In this document: one piece after another, positions 58,234 through 64,000 of the stretch
Layout: each line of letters opens with the position of its first letter
Position numbering within the stretch: position 1 is the stretch's first letter
DNA from: Perkinsela sp. CCAP 1560/9
Lineage: Eukaryota > Protista > Euglenozoa: Kinetoplastea
Direction of reading: 5' to 3'
Length of the DNA stretch: 64,000 nucleotides
Assembly (NCBI GenBank): GCA_965644495.1
Contig: CBFFSA010000010.1
Coordinates: forward strand, 620,001-684,000
Notes under the pieces: generated by a model
Database searches by the model: none
Told to the model about the DNA's origin: nothing
The model's input: the letters and a program-made list of their open reading frames with translations, nothing else
Made by a program: the position numbers and the translations under genes

Positions 58234-59112
58234 TTACCCTTCCCCTGCACTTTTTATTTCCTCCCTCTCCCGTGTCTCCTCCCCCTCCTCCGCAAACAGC
58301 TCTGTTGCAAACTTCCATCGGTGGGTCTCCCCACTCTTCCTCTTTTCGTCTTCTTTTCGTTGTGCTCTCCCCTTTCCTGGAGGGCCACGTTCTGTTTTAT
58401 CGGGGCTCACGTCTTCACTACGCCCACACCCGAGGGCGGCCATGAGATGTTCCAGGGTTACGGTTTTGCGTTTCCTTGCGGCCGTGACCTCCGCGGCTTG
58501 CTGGGCTAATGTCTCCATCAGGGTGACGACGGCAGCGGTGAGGCACGCGATGGATTCTGGGGTGAGGCGTGTGGCGCGAGGCACGGCGCTTTCCTGCTGC
58601 AGCAGAGCGTGGATCGTGTCGCGGATTTCGGGTGTTGGGGTATTGGTGGGGGGGGTTGGATTTGGACTTGGGCTTGGGTTTGAAATAGAATTCAAGCTTG
58701 GACTTCGATTGGGATATGAAGTTAAGTTTGGATTTGAATTTGAATTTAGGGTTGGATTGGGATTGGGATCTAAGGTTGGATTTGGACTTAAGCTTAACTT
58801 TGTATTTGAATTTAGGCTTGGAATTGGATGTAGATTTGAATTTAGATTTGGATTCGTCTCAGATCGAGGTAGAAGATTTTCTGAAACATCGTCCATAGAA
58901 TCGGGATCTAAAGAATTAGAGCGTGAAACCGAGTCAGGCGTACAGTTGTGTGAAATTTTTGTTGTGGAATGACAAACTGGGCCTTCTTCCGCAGAAAAAT
59001 TGGTTTTTTCAGGCAATATGGAAGAATCGTGGGAAAGAGGAGGGATGGTCAACTCTTGCAGAAATGTGTGGACGAATTTTTGTATGCGTTTTTCCAGTCC
59101 AATGTGTGACAT
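58234..59112 (-). CDS. Histone-fold protein (NF-YB/NC2beta/CHRAC17-like) with Asn/Pro-rich linker
   Basis: IHALLQQE..RLTPESIACLTAAVVTLMETLAQQAAEVTAARKRKTVTLEHLMAAL. Confidence 0.78.
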   Translation of the reverse strand: MSHIGLEKRIQKFVHTFLQELTIPPLSHDSSILPEKTNFSAEEGPVCHSTTKISHNCTPDSVSRSNSLDPDSMDDVSENLLPRSETNPNLNSNLHPIPSLNSNTKLSLSPNPTLDPNPNPTLNSNSNPNLTSYPNRSPSLNSISNPSPSPNPTPPTNTPTPEIRDTIHALLQQESAVPRATRLTPESIACLTAAVVTLMETLAQQAAEVTAARKRKTVTLEHLMAALGCGRSEDVSPDKTERGPPGKGRAQRKEDEKRKSGETHRWKFATELFAEEGEETREREEIKSAGEG

Positions 59113-59465
59113 TGAATGTGTGGGATAGTAAAGGGTGGAAAAATAATGATGGTAAGCAATAAATTAAAATTGATAACCCGTTTCTGAATAATAGGATATG
59201 CTGGTGATTTCTTACCTACTGCATTTTTTACGACAGATGCAAAATTCATCAGTACTCATTGGGGCGCAGAATTCTAAGCGAATAGTATTGCTTGTCGAAA
59301 ATGACGTTTAGAATCATACATAGGTAAGAAGTGTTCATGTTTCTATTCTACACTACGTACTGTGGCCAAGGGTTTGTTACCATTGCGCACGAAACCGATT
59401 AAACAAATAACTAAAAGTATCGACTATCTTTTTTTTCTTTTTAACAAACCTTTGTAGTTTCAAGT

Positions 59466-61919
59466 TTATTCTTTTTTGGAATATTTTTCTGCAAATTCTT
59501 CACAGCAACTCTCCGATTTATGTTGACATAAAATGTCGCGTAGATGGGAAAATTCGTTTTGTAGTTTTTCGTACGAAAGGCTTTGCTTTTGAGCTTTCAT
59601 CCAACGTTCCAGTTGGGTCCCAATGCTCTTGAGTTTTGCGCTGCGCTGATCGCTATCTTTCACAAATTCAGAGGTGTTCTCCAGGAGTGTACATTGTGGC
59701 TTCAACACTGTGGTTTTAAAAACTTTGTAGTTTTCTTGTAAAGGTTGGAGTGTTTTAGTTTTAAAAGAATCCCAACTTGATTCCATCTGGGAAGCGGATG
59801 GAAATTCTTGGAGTACGGTTTTCAGTGATTGCGTCCAAGATTGAGTAGAACGAGAGGAATCGTTTGGTACGTCATTTGTACGGGTCGCGTCTTCCGTGCC
59901 GGGTGCATTGACATCGTTTGTACCTTCTCCTTCACTTGTCAAAGGTGTATTTTTCATATCCGTTTCGGCCTTTGTTGATAGACTGTGGCCTTCCTTTCCC
60001 CGTTTCTCGCCCTTTTCCTCCTGCTCCTCAATTAATTTTTTACAGTCTTCCACAAACGTTTTCCACTTTGGTAGAAACCCAATCGCATCTTCGATTCGCT
60101 GAGAGAATGTTGCTTCCGTGCCTGTTTTTGGATCCTTCTCCTCCCCTGTAATCCCCACACACTGCATTAACGCGTCTTGGGTGTTAACAATTAACTTTAC
60201 CCAAACTTCCTGACACTCACGCAGTACCGATCGAATCTCATCGGACTCACAGATCCAGGAGACACCCAGACGATGGAGCGTGGCTAAATTCTCGGACATA
60301 ATTTCTCCATTTCGGTTGAGTGCTTCCGCAAACTCACGTAGTTGGGTAAAATATTTCGCTTCACTCTTTTCTTCTAAGGAATTTATTCTTATTTCATTTT
60401 CATTTTGTTGTTTTTGTTGCTCTTGTAGAGTGGAAAGATCCACACCCATTTGACGACACCATTGCAACACTCGTTTAGCCTCCGTAAGCAGTAACTCTGG
60501 AGTTGTGGTTGTAGGGTATGCAGGGGAGTCGGGAACAACAAGATGGGTAGGGGAATCCGGAATGATCTGCTGGGGGGTTTCATCGGTTTTGATAGGATTG
60601 ATCTCGTTCTCGGTAAGGTCTTTTTCTTTTAGAGTAGAATTTTCGGAATTCGAGATGGGGGACATGGAGTCAGATGCTAAAGGTATGTCGGGTTTGGTTT
60701 CTTCGCTTTCTTGGCTAATTTTCACACTTCGTACGTTTACGATCGTGTCCTTGACGGTATTTTCTGTTTCAGATTTTTCTTGTTCGAGCTTTTTACTGGA
60801 TTCCACACTACTAACATGTTTTCCCTTCAATTCTACTTCAACTAACGAAATATCTGTTTTTTGCTCGTCTTCCAGAATTTCCATTCGAGATGGCCATCGT
60901 TGTTGTAGTAAACCTTTAACCTCTTCAATAGCCTCACCAGCTCCACACCATTTCGGTAACATATCCCCGTGGGCTTTGACGCGCTCGAATTCGTGAAAGA
61001 AAAACTGAATGCGATTTTTTGCTTTTGTTTCCGGAGATTTGCGGAACGGTGACAGAGGTTGTCGTATGCCTGTGAGATTGTACCCAGAAATCGAGTCCTC
61101 TTCTGGAGCTTTCTCAGGCAACGACGCAATGATTTCAGAAACGTTACCTCGTAGAAGTATGGGGTCATGAGAGGGAGGTGGGGGGTTATTCACTGGAAAT
61201 TCACGCTCAATGGAACCTCGGAGAGTCGCCACTCGGTCATAGAAATGCGAAATTTCAGGGGCTGCAGGGCAAACGAACGTGGGGGTGGATAGCTCGGGAA
61301 CCTCTCCGCTCTTAGAGAGTAAAGTATCCAATAAGATTTGGGATTCTGCGACGTTGGTCGTCCTATCTCCGGGATTTGCATCGTGCAAGTCTGTGGTGTC
61401 TACCTCAGCTATATCCGTCTTTGTATTCGAAATTGTACTTTCTTTTGGACTTTGATGTTCGCCAGCTGGTAAGTTTTGCTCCCTTTCCACGACTACAACA
61501 TCACGATCGACTTTATCTTCACTTTCCTCTCCCTCCTGCTCGCCCTGCACCTGACTAGCTTCCTCTTGTTCCTCCAAGCTCCTCTCTTTTTCTCCAATCT
61601 CTTCCTCTCGAAGAACCCCTTCTTTTTCTTCTTTTTCCTTTTCCATCTTTTTCAGCTCTGTCTCGACCTCTGCCACCACAGTCTCAAACTCTTCTGTGAC
61701 ATTTTCAAATCCTTGAGCAAAGGCCTCGTGCGCCTGTTCCAGCGAGGGGGGAACGAAATACGGACTGTTGTTGTCTTCCTTTTCAAACGGGTGGGCATCG
61801 AGATGGGAAAGCGTTTCCTCGGTGTCCTGGACGCGGAGATGGTGCGCCGTGAGGAGGGCATCCAGGGAGGCATAGGCATGGTGAAGACGAGAAGCAAGAC
61901 GCTCGGAGGAAACCGCCAT
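59466..61919 (-). CDS. 817-aa acidic coiled-coil protein of unknown function
   Basis: Long ORF with E/K-rich helices and a pyrimidine tract before the ATG. Confidence 0.85.
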   Translation of the reverse strand: MAVSSERLASRLHHAYASLDALLTAHHLRVQDTEETLSHLDAHPFEKEDNNSPYFVPPSLEQAHEAFAQGFENVTEEFETVVAEVETELKKMEKEKEEKEGVLREEEIGEKERSLEEQEEASQVQGEQEGEESEDKVDRDVVVVEREQNLPAGEHQSPKESTISNTKTDIAEVDTTDLHDANPGDRTTNVAESQILLDTLLSKSGEVPELSTPTFVCPAAPEISHFYDRVATLRGSIEREFPVNNPPPPSHDPILLRGNVSEIIASLPEKAPEEDSISGYNLTGIRQPLSPFRKSPETKAKNRIQFFFHEFERVKAHGDMLPKWCGAGEAIEEVKGLLQQRWPSRMEILEDEQKTDISLVEVELKGKHVSSVESSKKLEQEKSETENTVKDTIVNVRSVKISQESEETKPDIPLASDSMSPISNSENSTLKEKDLTENEINPIKTDETPQQIIPDSPTHLVVPDSPAYPTTTTPELLLTEAKRVLQWCRQMGVDLSTLQEQQKQQNENEIRINSLEEKSEAKYFTQLREFAEALNRNGEIMSENLATLHRLGVSWICESDEIRSVLRECQEVWVKLIVNTQDALMQCVGITGEEKDPKTGTEATFSQRIEDAIGFLPKWKTFVEDCKKLIEEQEEKGEKRGKEGHSLSTKAETDMKNTPLTSEGEGTNDVNAPGTEDATRTNDVPNDSSRSTQSWTQSLKTVLQEFPSASQMESSWDSFKTKTLQPLQENYKVFKTTVLKPQCTLLENTSEFVKDSDQRSAKLKSIGTQLERWMKAQKQSLSYEKLQNEFSHLRDILCQHKSESCCEEFAEKYSKKE

Positions 61920-62261
61920 GAAAAACAGGGAGAAAAGGGAAGGGGAAAAAACTATTATTCTTTGTTTTTTACTTCTTAATTACTCAAGCGGGGATGTGCG
62001 CCAATAAAGCTAGGCTCTACACTGTATACAAAAATAAAAAAGTACTGTTACCCCCTCCCTTTATACTTCCGCAGGTTTCAGTGCTTTTGGAAGTATAAAG
62101 GGAGGGCTTGAATTTTCGAAAAATACGCGAAAGAAATGTTTTTGAAAAGGGGGAAAAAGAAATTAGCCAAAAGCCAATCCTCTAATCTCCAAACATGCGG
62201 GCACAATCTTTGTTTTCGTGTGCGTCTTGTAGACAATCAACGTACCGTGTACACTAGTGAC

Positions 62262-62292
62262 TTCCGTACCTTGTTGTTTCTGTACCTTGTTG
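62262..62292 (+). other. Tandem spliced-leader relics
   Basis: TTCCGTACCTTGTTG then TTTCTGTACCTTGTTG, followed by ACTTTTTCC as in copy A. Confidence 0.75.
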
Positions 62293-63653
62293 ACTTTTTC
62301 CAGGTAAAAAAATTTTGATGCCTCAGTCGGCGCAGGAATCGCCTTGCAGAAAATGTCCGCGCAGTCACTTTCCTGTAGCACTCGCATAGAATCCTATGAA
62401 TCGCCTGCAAAGGTCAGTACTAAAAACTCAACTTTGCGAGAAATTATTATTATCGCGAGAGTAGCATCCTGTTTTTATCGTTAATGGTACGCGGCGTCGT
62501 AAGGACTCGCCGACTTCGGCACTAAGAACTTCGCATGGAAATTTTGGGCGAGAAGCCATGGAGCGGCTTGTGGGGGGGTATGGGAAGACGACACGACCAC
62601 GGAGTATCCATTCCCACATAAAGATCTTGAATATTTTCGTGTAAGCATTGTTGCGGTGTTCTCCAGGAAGAGAACGTAGGAAACATGATACAGAGTCTAG
62701 AAGGCGGACGGCCGCTGCCTCTAGTGTCTGATAGTCTCACTCCCTAGATGGGGGAAGGGCACAGTATGCAGTAAAAGATACTGCAAAGGAAAAGCGTAAG
62801 TGGTTACATTCCATGGTCGCACGAGCCCACGATAAAATTACTACTACTATGAATGTACAGGACCAATTCGCAAAATTAGGTTACTTGAACCCTGCACTTG
62901 CCCAGTTCCACTCTCCAGAGCTATAAATTCCTACAGTCCGCGTGCATCAGCACAAGATTATGATTTCCCAGCAGTTTCAACGCGGCGCACAGTCGGGAAA
63001 TAGAACCCGAAACAAAGCGTCAAGAAAGCAGCACACAAGTAGTGATCAAGCGGAAAGATGAAACTGAAGTCTAAGATCCAAGAAGCAAGTTGAAAAGAAA
63101 CATAAAGTTAAACGATAAGATGAACGGTATAAACCACCAACGAGTAAGTGACCCCCATTTTTTTCGTACAGGGGGTGTAGGGGGTGTTTTGTAATGCAGA
63201 GATATTTGTACCTCCAGAGATATTTAGGCCCAGCAGTAGTAGGCGCAATGAGTTGTTTGCTGGAATCGAGGACTGGGCTTTGTTTCACGAGTCGTCCGAC
63301 GATACTTATTCCGATACTGGAATCAGCAACAGCGAGGCAAAGCGCCTTGTTTCACTCCGTCGATCAGCGAATGCATGGAACAAGCGTGTTCGCACTACAG
63401 ATGACGGTATGCAGTCTCGAGAAGATGTTGATCTTCTTACCAAGCGAGCAGCTGTTGAAGCAGCGTCATGCATGTTGTCGACCTCGACTTCATCCAACAA
63501 TACCGCGAAACCCATCATTATTAGAGGAAGCTCATTATCTCGAATGGAATTTCGGCCTGAATAGCTCGACACAAATTTGTCTACTTCGTTAACGCATCTT
63601 ACGGCATTGTGCTTTCGCAAATTGATGCAGTTGAAAGATTATTCTCCTTGGGA

Positions 63654-63801
63654 TATACATATAAATATAAACATAATACATATAAATACATATAAATATA
63701 TATAAATATACATATTTATATGAAAATAAAACATATTTATATAAAACATATTTATATGAAATACATATACAAAAATAAATATATACATATTTATATGTAT
63801 T
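63654..63801. repeat. AT-rich degenerate microsatellite
   Basis: ATATACATATAAAT-type repeats. Confidence 0.85.
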
Positions 63802-64000
63802 AGGCTGACAACTGAGGGGGGTGCTTCGGGGGAGCATAAATCAATCGGAGCTTAACTCTCCTACTAGCGATTGCGTTTAGCGACGAATGTGAAGAAATGC
63901 AAGTAGGTCATTCGGGAGAACGCGATATGACCGAATTTAATGTCGATGGACTTCGGGATTTTCCCAACGACCAATAAATAATCCCGATATTTGATGTGCA

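Overview
Eukaryotic, intron-free, repeat-rich DNA. Every recognisable host gene over about 62 kb is on the minus strand, and a kinetoplastid-type spliced-leader (SL) sequence occurs at three loci. I infer a kinetoplastid directional gene cluster, probably from a Perkinsela-like prokinetoplastid. Positions 1-15165 are about 2.8 copies of a 5451/5452-bp tandem amplification carrying two LRR genes with in-frame stops and a 5'-truncated copy of an 844-aa helical-repeat gene. The rest holds about ten more members or fragments of a small LRR family, a CIPK/SNF1-like kinase with EF-hand-like motifs, an FCP1/SCP (NIF) phosphatase, ALG1, a histone-fold protein and an 817-aa coiled-coil protein. Mobile DNA is dense: pogo, Tc1/IS630 and Merlin transposase relics, TA-flanked MITEs, a Sola2-like MITE and a Helentron/HINE-like family with a constant 99-bp foldback. 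Main highlights are (1) a family of short structured insertions that begin with a 39-nt SL-like exon, one of which has a tandem SL relic joined exactly at the SL's internal AG, suggesting repeated trans-splicing and retroposition, and (2) a tRNA-headed SINE with a (TTC)n tail and 12-bp TSD. One SL-headed copy and the SINE interrupt the same LRR gene.
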